From the sequence record PQ613263: a DNA stretch of 64,000 bases; one strand, written 5' to 3'. Under the pieces are notes generated by a model that saw only the letters and a program-made list of their open reading frames with translations, was not told the origin of the DNA and made no database searches. Numbering within the stretch: position 1 is the stretch's first letter; each line of letters opens with the position of its first letter. The translations under genes and the position numbers were made by a program. This document shows positions 1-9,478 of this stretch, piece by piece. This DNA comes from Shigella phage Moonfish.

Positions 1-8
1 ATTCTACG

Positions 9-974
9 TTGCGTAACTGCACTACTAGTAGCTGCCGTATGGGGTTACATCTATGGGGGCAAAACGTTTCTATCAATATCACGGGATGCCATTTCCGCCG
101 TGATCATTATTCTACATTGGGTAACACGTTTGGCATTCGCATCCAGCCTAGGGTGTATGCGTGGAGTCCTGACCAGAGTTCAGGATCTCGTAGTGAAGCC
201 ATCGTTATTGACGGGGAAACTATGTGTATTTCTGTAGATTATGGCATCTATGTTGATGACTGCCTGGACTTGCAGATGAGTAATCTGGATTTGGATTACA
301 TTCGAAAGAATGCCGTGTCTATTATTAACGTTAATGGTGGATTTAACCTATCAGATTCGTGGATAGCTGGCGATGGTGAGTCCACAGAGCAATTTTTTGC
401 AGTTTCTTTAAACGCTAACGCAATCCAACAACAGAAATCAATTACTGGTTTGCACTGTAATTTGCATAATGCCAACCCCCTCAATAATAACATTGGTATT
501 AACATTGCTGGCCAAAATGTTGGGCCTGTATATATCGGCCAGTCTACGTTTGTCGGTGGGTGGTCGGGTATAGCAATTTTTAACCATACAAGTGGGGGTA
601 TTGTTATTGATTCGTGTACTTTGGCAAATCAGTTGTACCTAACTGGTTCTAGTGATGTTGTAGTGCAAAATTCTGGATTAACTGGTATTGAGGAAACATT
701 TAAGCCTTCCAATTCTCATCATTACTATCGTTCTAATAGAGGCACACCTGCCACTAATGGGATAGTAAATGTTCCTGTTGCTAGTGGGGCCACTTCAGGA
801 ACATTAACTATACCTAATGCAGACACAACTAAGTCGTATAGCGTTCGCCCATGGGTAGTTGACCCAGCTACTGCAAACGATACTGCTTCCTGCTCTGCTG
901 GTGTAATTACAGTAAACAGGCCTATAGCAGTAGGTATCCCACTCCCATCTACAGTGGAATACTCTTTGTTTTAA
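9..974 (+). CDS. C-terminal part of a tail/appendage protein (beta-helix-like); 5' end probably lies outside the window
   Basis: ORF runs from the window edge; Gly/Asn/Thr-rich repeats typical of tailspike beta-helices; sits upstream of the lysis and head genes. Confidence 0.4.
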   Translation: MRNCTTSSCRMGLHLWGQNVSINITGCHFRRDHYSTLGNTFGIRIQPRVYAWSPDQSSGSRSEAIVIDGETMCISVDYGIYVDDCLDLQMSNLDLDYIRKNAVSIINVNGGFNLSDSWIAGDGESTEQFFAVSLNANAIQQQKSITGLHCNLHNANPLNNNIGINIAGQNVGPVYIGQSTFVGGWSGIAIFNHTSGGIVIDSCTLANQLYLTGSSDVVVQNSGLTGIEETFKPSNSHHYYRSNRGTPATNGIVNVPVASGATSGTLTIPNADTTKSYSVRPWVVDPATANDTASCSAGVITVNRPIAVGIPLPSTVEYSLF

Positions 975-978
975 TCAA

Positions 979-1006
979 AGCCCCCGTAGTTGGGGGCTTT
1001 TTTGTT
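979..1006 (+). terminator. Rho-independent terminator
   Basis: GC hairpin aagcccccgtagttgggggctt followed by a T-run, directly after the stop at 974. Confidence 0.6.
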
Positions 1007-1075
1007 GTACCTCAAACATCCCATTATGTAGACTGTTTCGGTCAATTACGACTTAACCAACCTGAGAATGCCTAT

Positions 1076-1408
1076 ATGGGAAATGAACCAGATAACGTAA
1101 CTCTAGCCAGACTCGAAGAGAGACTGAGAAACATTTTCGAAAACCAAACTCGTGAATCGAGGGAAAGGGAGAAAATGGAAGAGTCTATTAAAAAACTAAG
1201 TGAATCTATGGGTGACCTTAGTACCCGACTTAAACGGGTAGAAGAGAGTATCACTAAGTCTGAACCTACTATCGAAGAGTTCATCACCATCAAACATAAA
1301 GTTGTTGGTGCTGGAATCTTTGGTAAGTGGGTATGGGCTGGAGCAGGTGTAATCATTGGTGTATTGGCTGCTGCACGTCGGGAGATATTTACATGGTTCG
1401 CAAGCTAA
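1076..1408 (+). CDS. Hypothetical membrane-anchored protein (coiled-coil N-terminus, C-terminal TM segment)
   Basis: 110-aa ORF; C-terminal hydrophobic stretch VVGAGIFGKWVWAGAGVIIGVLAAA. Confidence 0.4.
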   Translation: MGNEPDNVTLARLEERLRNIFENQTRESREREKMEESIKKLSESMGDLSTRLKRVEESITKSEPTIEEFITIKHKVVGAGIFGKWVWAGAGVIIGVLAAARREIFTWFAS

Positions 1409-1515
1409 AAGGTAAAGTGGGGATTCATCCCCACTGGAAGTTCTCATGGAAGAAATTGGACTTACAGATAAGTTCATTTCTTCTGATACTATTCACTGGC
1501 ATTGATGTACTACAG

Positions 1516-1653
1516 ATGTCCTTCTCTGGATTACCTAAGCACCTTCTTGAATTGGTTCCATATGGTAATACTGTTGCATTAGCACTGTTTGGTCTTAATG
1601 TAGTAGGGCGTCTCTTTGTTCTTAAGAAGAAGGATAAGTCTCATGAAAGCTAA
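1516..1653 (+). CDS. Small one-TM protein, candidate holin/pinholin
   Basis: In-frame ATG inside track ORF 1327..1653; TM segment LVPYGNTVALALFGLNVVGRLFVL then a Lys-rich tail; directly upstream of the endolysin. Confidence 0.25.
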   Translation: MSFSGLPKHLLELVPYGNTVALALFGLNVVGRLFVLKKKDKSHES

Positions 1654-2278
1654 GCAGAAACTTGCTGCCAAAGGTGGTGCAGTGGGAGGAGTAGTCGCTG
1701 CTATTCTGGGGGCAGTGTTCTACATGGAAGGGGGGTATGTAAATAATCCTCGTGACCCAGGTGGGGAAACTAATCATGGTATTACTCATTCAGTTGCTAA
1801 AACACACAAAGAAGTACTGGCAACTGAATATGGTTGGGATGGTTCCATGAAGGGTCTGTCTAAAGAGATGGCTGCTGAGATATACATTGATGATTACGTA
1901 CTTAAACCTAACTTCGTAGCCTTCGCTGATATATCTCCTGCTGTAACACACAAACTGGTTGATGCTGGTGTTAACACTGGTGTATCTCGTCCGGCTAAGT
2001 GGTTGCAGTTATCCCTTAATGAAATGTCCCGTGATGGCAAAGACTACCCTAAAGTACAAGTTGATGGTAAAGTCGGTGTAGGTACTGTTAATGCATATAA
2101 AGCATTACAGAAAAAACGAGGCAAAGTTGCAGCGTGTCAGGTAATAATCAAGTTGCTTGATGCTAAACAACTGAACCACTATACCTCACTAAACATGCCA
2201 GACTTTACGTATGGTTGGGTAGCTAACCGAATAGGCAATGTGCCACTGGAGGCATGTAATGAAGATGCTAATCTCTAA
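1616..2278 (+). CDS. Endolysin, GH108-type N-acetylmuramidase with N-terminal signal-anchor (SAR-like)
   Basis: Motif EGGYVNNPRDPGGETNHGIT matches the GH108 signature; N-terminal hydrophobic GGAVGGVVAAILGAVFY; C-terminal peptidoglycan-binding-like region. Confidence 0.6.
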   Translation: MFLRRRISLMKAKQKLAAKGGAVGGVVAAILGAVFYMEGGYVNNPRDPGGETNHGITHSVAKTHKEVLATEYGWDGSMKGLSKEMAAEIYIDDYVLKPNFVAFADISPAVTHKLVDAGVNTGVSRPAKWLQLSLNEMSRDGKDYPKVQVDGKVGVGTVNAYKALQKKRGKVAACQVIIKLLDAKQLNHYTSLNMPDFTYGWVANRIGNVPLEACNEDANL

Positions 2279-2759
2279 AGGTTGGCCTTATCTTCTGGTG
2301 GTGGTCCTCGGGGCCACCATTTACTTTTGGGGTAATTCCAACGGACAGTCTACTGTTCAAAAGAAGTGGGATGACCAAAAGGTCGAAGACCTGAAGGCAA
2401 CACAAAAATTACAGGACAAATACAATGCTCTCCAAAGAAACCATAGTTATGAAGTTGGGTTACTCACTTCCCGGTTGCAGACGGCTGAAAGTAATTACGC
2501 AAGCGAGCTTGCTCGCGTTAGCAGTGATTACGATAGCCGGATGCAACAGTCTGAAAGACGAGCATCGGTATATAAACGTCAAGTCGAAGCCGGAACCCTT
2601 GAGTGCAGAAGTCTTGCAAGCCATGCAGCCAGACTCGACAATAGTCTTGAAGAGGGCAGACGTTTGGTTGAAGAACTCCGGGCAACTGTTAGACTCCGTG
2701 ACAACCAACTAATTGAGTTGGGTAAACAAATTCAGGCTGACCGTAAACTTTTTGAATAG
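2238..2759 (+). CDS. i-spanin (Rz-like)
   Basis: N-terminal TM ([16 protein letters not shown]) followed by coiled-coil-rich periplasmic domain; immediately after the endolysin. Confidence 0.5.
   Translation: MCHWRHVMKMLISKGWPYLLVVVLGATIYFWGNSNGQSTVQKKWDDQKVEDLKATQKLQDKYNALQRNHSYEVGLLTSRLQTAESNYASELARVSSDYDSRMQQSERRASVYKRQVEAGTLECRSLASHAARLDNSLEEGRRLVEELRATVRLRDNQLIELGKQIQADRKLFE
2449..2712 (+). CDS. o-spanin (Rz1-like lipoprotein) embedded in the i-spanin gene in another frame
   Basis: ORF wholly inside 2238..2759; lipoprotein signal with lipobox LAVITIAGC; Pro-rich mature part. Confidence 0.5.
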   Translation: MKLGYSLPGCRRLKVITQASLLALAVITIAGCNSLKDEHRYINVKSKPEPLSAEVLQAMQPDSTIVLKRADVWLKNSGQLLDSVTTN

Positions 2760-2767
2760 GAATAACT

Positions 2768-5038
2768 ATGGAACACCAAGATACTATGAAGCCGTTACCA
2801 GACCCGGCTCAATCGGATAAGCTGACAGACTGGAAGAAGGAACCAAGCATCCAACTACTAAAGGGTGACTTGGAATCAGCCAAGCCTGCTCATGATGCCA
2901 TCATGTCCCAGATTCGTGAGTGGAATGACTTGATGGAAATCAAGGGTAAGGCTAAACCCCCAAAGGTTAAGGGACGATCACAAGTCCAACCTAGACTGGT
3001 TCGCCGTCAGGCAGAGTGGCGATATGCACCATTGTCTGAACCATTCCTCTCATCCAGTAAACTCTTTAAACTAACTCCGGTTACTTTTGAAGATGAGTTA
3101 GCTGCTCGACAGAATGAGTTAGTTCTTAATTACCAATTCCGTACACAGCTTAACAAAGTGAAGCTAGTGGATGATTACGTACACAGTGTTGTAGATGATG
3201 GTACTGGTATCGCTCGTATTGGGTGGGAACGTAAGACCGTTAAGATTAAAACAGAAACCCCAGTATTCCAGCTGTATCCAATTGAGAACCAGGAACAGGC
3301 AGATGTTCTTCAACAGGCTTTACAACTTCAAGAAGAAAACCCTCGTGAATATGATGAAACAATGCCAGAGGATATTAAGGAATCTGTTAACTACTTCAAC
3401 GAAACTGGAGAAGCTACTTATGCAATCCAGACTGGGGTTACAGAGGTAGAGGTAGAGAAAGCACTGGTTAACAGACCTACCGTTGAAATGCTTAATCCTA
3501 ATAACGTAGTTATTGACCCAAGCTGTAATGGTGATTTGGATAAGGCTCTGTATGCGGTTATCTCTTTTGAGACATGCAAAGCAGACCTCATGAAGAATAA
3601 GGACCGTTATCACAATTTAGATAAGATTGACTGGGAAAGCTCCAGCCCTATGACTGACCCAGACCATGAGAGTAAAACCCCTAGCGACTTCCAGTTCAAG
3701 GATTCGCTCCGTAAGAAAGTAATTGCTTATGAGTACTGGGGATTTTACGACATCAACGATGATGGTTCACTGGAACCAATTGTTGCTACCTGGATTGGTT
3801 CTACTCTTATCCGTATGGAGAAGAACCCATTCCCGGATGGTAAGTTACCTCTGGTAGTTGTTCCATACATGCCCCGTAAACGTGAACTCTATGGTGAAGC
3901 TGATGCTGAACTGTTGGGAGATAACCAAGCTATTCTTGGTGCAACTATGCGTGGGATGATTGACCTGTTAGGCCGAAGTGCTAATGGACAACGTGGTTAT
4001 CCTAAGGGGATGTTGGATACCCTGAACCGTCGTCGATATGACGATGGTCAAGACTACGAATATAACCCAATGCAGGGTAATCCTAGTCAGGCCATTATGG
4101 AACATAAGTTCCCTGAGTTACCTCAGTCGGCAATAGTAATGACCCAGATGCAAAACCAGGAAGCGGAATCATTAACTGGGGTTAAAGCATTCTCTGGTGG
4201 TGTAACTGGTTCAGCTTATGGAGACGTAGCTGCCGGTATACGTGGTGCACTGGATGCAGCATCCAAACGTGAGATGGCAATCCTTCGTCGATTAGCTAAG
4301 GGTATGGCAGACATTGGTACTAAGATATGTGCAATGAATGCTGTGTTCTTATCTGAGAAGGAAGTAGTACGTATTACCAATGAACAGTATGTAGAGATTA
4401 ACCGAGAAGACCTTAAAGGTAACTTCGACATTGAGGTTGACATTAACACTGCTGAAATTGATAACCAGAAATCCCAGGACTTGGGCTTCATGGTTCAAAC
4501 GTTAGGTAACACAGTTGACCAGTCTATTACGTTATCTCTTGTAGCTAAGATTGCGGAACTTAAACGTATGCCTGACCTTGCACATGAGTTACGTACTTGG
4601 CAACCACAGCCTGACCCCTTGGACGAACAGCTTAAGCAATTGGCAATTCAGAAAGCACAGCTTGAGAATGAAGAGCTGCAAAGTAAGATTGCACTCAATA
4701 TGGCTAAAGCTAAAGAGGCTGCTTCTAGTGGTGACCTTAAAGACCTGGATTATCTGGAACAGGAATCTGGTACTAAACATGCTCGTGATATGGAAAAACA
4801 AAAAGCACAATCTCAAGGAAACCAGAACCTTCAGATAACTAAGGCATTGACAACACCTACCAAAGAAGGTGAAACTACCCCCAACATATCTGCTGCTGTT
4901 GGATATAACACTTTGACTAACGGGAACTCTCCACAAGAACGTGACCTAGCTGCTCAGCAAGACCCGGCTTATTCACTTGGTTCCCAATACTATGACCCTA
5001 GCCAAGACCCAGCATCGGCTCTTGGCATGAACTTGTAA
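2768..5038 (+). CDS. Portal protein (N4 gp59-like)
   Basis: 756-aa ORF upstream of head genes; size and position match the N4-type portal; low-complexity acidic C-terminus. Confidence 0.5.
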   Translation: MEHQDTMKPLPDPAQSDKLTDWKKEPSIQLLKGDLESAKPAHDAIMSQIREWNDLMEIKGKAKPPKVKGRSQVQPRLVRRQAEWRYAPLSEPFLSSSKLFKLTPVTFEDELAARQNELVLNYQFRTQLNKVKLVDDYVHSVVDDGTGIARIGWERKTVKIKTETPVFQLYPIENQEQADVLQQALQLQEENPREYDETMPEDIKESVNYFNETGEATYAIQTGVTEVEVEKALVNRPTVEMLNPNNVVIDPSCNGDLDKALYAVISFETCKADLMKNKDRYHNLDKIDWESSSPMTDPDHESKTPSDFQFKDSLRKKVIAYEYWGFYDINDDGSLEPIVATWIGSTLIRMEKNPFPDGKLPLVVVPYMPRKRELYGEADAELLGDNQAILGATMRGMIDLLGRSANGQRGYPKGMLDTLNRRRYDDGQDYEYNPMQGNPSQAIMEHKFPELPQSAIVMTQMQNQEAESLTGVKAFSGGVTGSAYGDVAAGIRGALDAASKREMAILRRLAKGMADIGTKICAMNAVFLSEKEVVRITNEQYVEINREDLKGNFDIEVDINTAEIDNQKSQDLGFMVQTLGNTVDQSITLSLVAKIAELKRMPDLAHELRTWQPQPDPLDEQLKQLAIQKAQLENEELQSKIALNMAKAKEAASSGDLKDLDYLEQESGTKHARDMEKQKAQSQGNQNLQITKALTTPTKEGETTPNISAAVGYNTLTNGNSPQERDLAAQQDPAYSLGSQYYDPSQDPASALGMNL

Positions 5039-5051
5039 GGCAGACCTTCAC

Positions 5052-5396
5052 ATGAGTAAAGAATTAACAATCGCTGGACTGGAACATCGACTGGAAGCTG
5101 CTAAAGGTGCAGTTGCACATGCAGAAGATGTACGTAAACTTCTGGAGAATCCACTGTTCCGTAAAGTAATCCTTCGCCAGTTCTGTGTGGAAGATTGTGC
5201 ACGTTACGTGCAAGAGTCTGGTGACCCACTGCTTGAAGCTAACAACCGTGCAGATGCACTGAACATGGCTCAAGCTGCTGGTCACTTACGTCGTTGGCTC
5301 GACCTCGCCATTCGTATGGGCGAACGTGAAGCTGATGTTATTCTACAGGTACAAGAAGAACTCGATGTAGTTCGTGCTGAACCTGAAGACGAATAA
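5052..5396 (+). CDS. Hypothetical head-module protein
   Basis: 114-aa ORF tightly packed between portal and scaffold-like gene. Confidence 0.35.
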   Translation: MSKELTIAGLEHRLEAAKGAVAHAEDVRKLLENPLFRKVILRQFCVEDCARYVQESGDPLLEANNRADALNMAQAAGHLRRWLDLAIRMGEREADVILQVQEELDVVRAEPEDE

Positions 5397-5415
5397 TTAA
5401 CCGGAGATATTTCCT

Positions 5416-6636
5416 ATGACTACGGAAGCTGCAACCACAGCTTCCGACATTCTCGCAATGTCGGATGATGAGATTCTGAATATGGAAGCCCCAGCAGTTA
5501 TTGCTGAGGAAGATACTTCCACTCAGAACAACCCAGAAACCAACGGCGTACAGACTCCTGCTGAAGAAGTTGACACCCCTGCTGTTGAAGACCAACCAAC
5601 CGAAGAAACCTCCCCTGAAACTGAGCCAAACGAAGAAGATGCAGCAAATGCTTTAACTTCTGATAAAGTTGATGATAAAGTTGTCGACACAGAAGTTGAT
5701 AGTAACGGTAAGCCGATTACTAAAGCTGAACCTTCTACTGCTGAACCAGGCCAGGAACAGAAAGAAGAAGGCAAACAGTCTGAAGGTCTGCCTGCTGACT
5801 TCAACTATAAGGAAGGTTATGAGAAGTTGATGGCTCCTTTTAAAGCTAACGGCAAAATGATTACTCCCCGTTCACCGGAGGAGGCCATTAGCCTGATGCA
5901 GATGGGTGCTAACTATACTCGCAAGATGCAAGAACTTCAGCCGTACCGTAAGGTAATGCTGATGTTACAGAACAACGGTTTAATGGATGAGGATAAACTT
6001 TCTTACCTGATTGACCTGGATAAGAAGAATCCTGAAGCTATTAAAAAGTTGCTGAAAGACTCTGGTACAGATCCTCTGGAATTTAATCCAGATGAAGAAA
6101 TTAACTACCAGGGTGGCAATCACCGTGTTACCGACACCGAAGCAGATTTTGCAACCGAAATTGACGACTTAAAGTCTACTCAAGAAGGACAAGCTACATT
6201 AGGTGTTATCGGCTCGACGTGGGATGCTGCCAGTAAAGATGCTCTTTATCAGAATCGTGGTTTACTTCAGACTATTCACGAACAACGTGAGAATGGTATT
6301 TATGACACCATTGCTAACGAAGTGAATCGTCTTCAGATGTTAGGCCAGATTCCGGTTGGTACTCCGTTCATTCAGGCGTATAACCACGTTGGTAATCTCC
6401 TTGCACAACAGGGAGCATTTAACCAAGTGGCTAAGCCAGAACCAGTACAAGCAGTTAAGCCAGTGGTTCAGCCGGTAGTGCGTGTAGCACAACCCAAGCA
6501 GACCCTGACTAACAATGAGCAAGCTAAAGCAGCTTCCCCTAGTCGGGCTGCTACACGTAAAGCAACACCTATTGTAAACCCACTCGCTATGAGTGATGAA
6601 GATTTCGCTAAACTCCCAGTACCGGGTAGTCTTTAA
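5416..6636 (+). CDS. Putative scaffolding/head-assembly protein
   Basis: Highly acidic, low-complexity N-terminal third (E/D/T/P-rich); immediately upstream of the major capsid gene. Confidence 0.3.
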   Translation: MTTEAATTASDILAMSDDEILNMEAPAVIAEEDTSTQNNPETNGVQTPAEEVDTPAVEDQPTEETSPETEPNEEDAANALTSDKVDDKVVDTEVDSNGKPITKAEPSTAEPGQEQKEEGKQSEGLPADFNYKEGYEKLMAPFKANGKMITPRSPEEAISLMQMGANYTRKMQELQPYRKVMLMLQNNGLMDEDKLSYLIDLDKKNPEAIKKLLKDSGTDPLEFNPDEEINYQGGNHRVTDTEADFATEIDDLKSTQEGQATLGVIGSTWDAASKDALYQNRGLLQTIHEQRENGIYDTIANEVNRLQMLGQIPVGTPFIQAYNHVGNLLAQQGAFNQVAKPEPVQAVKPVVQPVVRVAQPKQTLTNNEQAKAASPSRAATRKATPIVNPLAMSDEDFAKLPVPGSL

Positions 6637-6652
6637 ACAGGAATAAGATGAT

Positions 6653-7855
6653 ATGTTAAACTATAACGCTCCAATTGACGGTCAGAAATCTAGTATTGAT
6701 GGTGCTGGTTCCGACCAGATGAATACCTTTTACTGGCTGAAGAAGGCTATTATTCAGTCCCGTAAAGACCAGTACTTCATGCCACTGGCTAACACCATTA
6801 ACATGCCGAAAAACTACGGTAAGACTGTTAAGGTGTATGAGTACGTTCCTCTGCTCGACGACAAGAACATTAACGACCAGGGTATCGATGCTAATGGTGC
6901 TACCATCGTTAACGGTAACCTGTATGGTTCTTCTAAAGACGTTGGTAACATCACCTCTAAACTGCCTCTGCTGACAGAGAATGGTGGCCGTGTTAACCGT
7001 GTAGGCTTTACCCGCCTGTCTCGTGAAGGTTCTATTCATAAGTTCGGTTTCTTCTACGAATTTACTCAAGAGTCCCTGGACTTTGATTCTGATGACCAAC
7101 TGAAAGAACACCTGTCTCGTGAACTGCTTAATGGTGCTATTCAGTTGACTGAAGCTGTTCTCCAGAAAGACTTGCTGGCTGCTGCCGGTACTGTACTGTA
7201 TGCAGGTGCAGCTACCTCTGATGCTACCATCACTGGTGAAGGTGCTACCCCGTCTGTAGTTTCTTATAAGAACCTGATGCGTCTTGACCAGATTCTTACT
7301 GAGAACCGTACCCCGACTCAGACCACTATCATCACTGGTTCCAAGCTGACTGATACCAAAGTACTTGGTGGTACTCGTGTAATGTACGTTGGTTCTGAAC
7401 TGGTTCCAGAACTGAAAGCGATGAAAGACCTGTTCGGTAACAAAGCATTCATCGAAATTCAGCACTATGCTGATGCTGGTACTCTGATGAATGGTGAAGT
7501 TGGTTGTATCGACAAGTTCCGTATTATTCAGGTTCCTGAGATGCTGCATTGGGCAGGTGCTGGTGCTGCTGCAACTACTAACCCGGGCTACCGTTCTTCT
7601 ATGGTTGGTGGTGAAGAACACTACGATGTATTCCCGATGCTGGTAGTTGGTGATGACTCCTTCTCTACCATTGGCTTCCAGACTGATGGTAAGTCTGTTA
7701 AGTTCTCCATCATGACTAAGATGCCGGGTAAAGAAACTGCTGACCGTAATGACCCATATGGTGAGACTGGCTTCAGTTCAATCAAGTGGTACTACGGTAT
7801 CCTGGTTAAACGTCCAGAGCGTCTGGCCCTGATTAAGACTGTTGCTCCTCTGTAA
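6653..7855 (+). CDS. Major capsid protein (N4 gp56-like)
   Basis: 400-aa ORF with strongly biased codon usage; position between scaffold-like gene and a strong terminator; size matches N4 MCP. Confidence 0.6.
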   Translation: MLNYNAPIDGQKSSIDGAGSDQMNTFYWLKKAIIQSRKDQYFMPLANTINMPKNYGKTVKVYEYVPLLDDKNINDQGIDANGATIVNGNLYGSSKDVGNITSKLPLLTENGGRVNRVGFTRLSREGSIHKFGFFYEFTQESLDFDSDDQLKEHLSRELLNGAIQLTEAVLQKDLLAAAGTVLYAGAATSDATITGEGATPSVVSYKNLMRLDQILTENRTPTQTTIITGSKLTDTKVLGGTRVMYVGSELVPELKAMKDLFGNKAFIEIQHYADAGTLMNGEVGCIDKFRIIQVPEMLHWAGAGAAATTNPGYRSSMVGGEEHYDVFPMLVVGDDSFSTIGFQTDGKSVKFSIMTKMPGKETADRNDPYGETGFSSIKWYYGILVKRPERLALIKTVAPL

Positions 7856-7873
7856 TAGTCTGAAATAAAACAA

Positions 7874-7897
7874 GGGGGACTCATGTCCCCCTCTTAA
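7874..7897 (+). terminator. Rho-independent terminator after the capsid gene
   Basis: Hairpin gggggactcatgtccccc followed by a T-rich tract. Confidence 0.45.
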
Positions 7898-7922
7898 TAA
7901 AACTAAATGAACCACAGGAAAT

Positions 7923-8564
7923 ATGAACATGAGTATTAACGATAAACCGACCACTGACGTAGAACTGGACGTACAGGGCAACGAAGATACCGTTAACGAT
8001 ATTGCAATGCCTAGCGAACTTGAAGTTCTTAAGCAACGTGCAACGTTGATGAATATTAAGTTCTCTAACAACATCTCCGTTGAAAAACTCCGTGAGAAAA
8101 TTGAAGCTGCACAAGCAAGCGACGAACCAGAAGTAACAGAAGCTGCTGTTAACCCACTGGGGGCTAAACAGGAAGCAGGTGCTAAGAAGATGACTCTGGG
8201 TCAGAAGATTCGTGCAGAACAGACTCGTTTGATTCGTGTACGTATCCAGAACCTTGACCCCAAGAAGAAAGACCTGCCGGGTGAGATTATCACCGTAGCT
8301 AACGAATATATGGGTACTGTACGTAAGTTTGTTCCATTCGGTGAAGTAACCGACAATGGTTATCATATTCCGTACTGTATTTATGAGTTCCTTAAAGAAC
8401 GTAAGTTCATCAACATTACGACTCGTAAAGGTAAGAATGGCTTACCGGATATCCGTGCAACAGAAGCACGTGAGTTCTCCATTGAGGTACTGCCTCCGCT
8501 GACTGAAGCAGAATTGGCTCAACTGGCTCAAGCACAGATTGCTGCTGGTAGCCTGAACGATTAA
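7923..8564 (+). CDS. Hypothetical virion protein (N4 gp55-like by position)
   Basis: 213-aa ORF with good coding bias and an RBS. Confidence 0.4.
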   Translation: MNMSINDKPTTDVELDVQGNEDTVNDIAMPSELEVLKQRATLMNIKFSNNISVEKLREKIEAAQASDEPEVTEAAVNPLGAKQEAGAKKMTLGQKIRAEQTRLIRVRIQNLDPKKKDLPGEIITVANEYMGTVRKFVPFGEVTDNGYHIPYCIYEFLKERKFINITTRKGKNGLPDIRATEAREFSIEVLPPLTEAELAQLAQAQIAAGSLND

Positions 8565-8634
8565 CGTATAAGCTACAGTTCAACACGGCTCACTGGGGTA
8601 ACTCCGTGGGCCGTTTCTTTTTGAACCAAGAGGA

Positions 8635-9477
8635 ATGATTATGTCTTGTTCTGCTGAGGTAGAAGCTAACCGACTCCTAGAAGAGTTAACTAAGGGTGAT
8701 GACTTTACCCTTCCCGATATTGATATGTCCGGTCCTGAATGGGATATCCCAGGTGGGGATGATTCTCCAATCTTTGGTGCTATTACCAAAGTAACCAATG
8801 AATCACTTACTACCCGCGAAGTAGGTGGTAGTGGTACGTTTGATGCATTAATGGAATCTGCACACAATCACCTTAAAGCTGAGTTTAAAGCTAATCGTAT
8901 TACCGGTGGTGAGTATACCAAGGCATATATTGCTATGATGGAATCTTGCATGGGGAATGCTGTTCAGTTCTTACTTGGTCGTGACCAAGCATACTGGGCT
9001 GCTGCTATGGCACAGATTCAGGCAGTTACTGCTCGTGTTCAACTGGCAACCTCTAAAGCACAGTTTGTACTGGCTAAGATTCAGGCACTGTCCGCTAAGA
9101 GTGAATATGCTCTTACTAAGATGAAGATTGCTACTGAGTCTGAAACGTACTGTGCTGCATTGTTTAATGCTAGTCAGATGTTACCTCAACAGCTTAAGCT
9201 GATTACAGAACAGACCGAAGCACAACGTGCACAGACTCTGGATACCCGTACTGATGGTACTGCCGTTAAAGGTTCTGTAGGTAAACAGAAAGAGTTGTAC
9301 ACCCAACAGATTACTTCTTACCAACGTGATGCAGAAGTTAAAGCATCTAAGCTGTTTACTGATGCATGGATTACTCAGAAGACTATTGATGAAGGCTTGA
9401 ATCCACCTAATGGTTTCACTAACGCAAGTATTGATACTATTCTGACCAAGCTGAAGTCTAACAACGGGCTGAACTAA
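8635..9477 (+). CDS. Hypothetical virion protein (N4 gp54-like by position)
   Basis: 280-aa ORF, coiled-coil-rich. Confidence 0.4.
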   Translation: MIMSCSAEVEANRLLEELTKGDDFTLPDIDMSGPEWDIPGGDDSPIFGAITKVTNESLTTREVGGSGTFDALMESAHNHLKAEFKANRITGGEYTKAYIAMMESCMGNAVQFLLGRDQAYWAAAMAQIQAVTARVQLATSKAQFVLAKIQALSAKSEYALTKMKIATESETYCAALFNASQMLPQQLKLITEQTEAQRAQTLDTRTDGTAVKGSVGKQKELYTQQITSYQRDAEVKASKLFTDAWITQKTIDEGLNPPNGFTNASIDTILTKLKSNNGLN

Positions 9478-9478
9478 T

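Noticed and set aside
1327-1653. 108-aa + strand ORF as given in the track
   Set aside because: Its 5' half overlaps the previous gene and the endolysin start. Only a short C-terminal portion from an internal ATG (1516) looks like a real small membrane protein.
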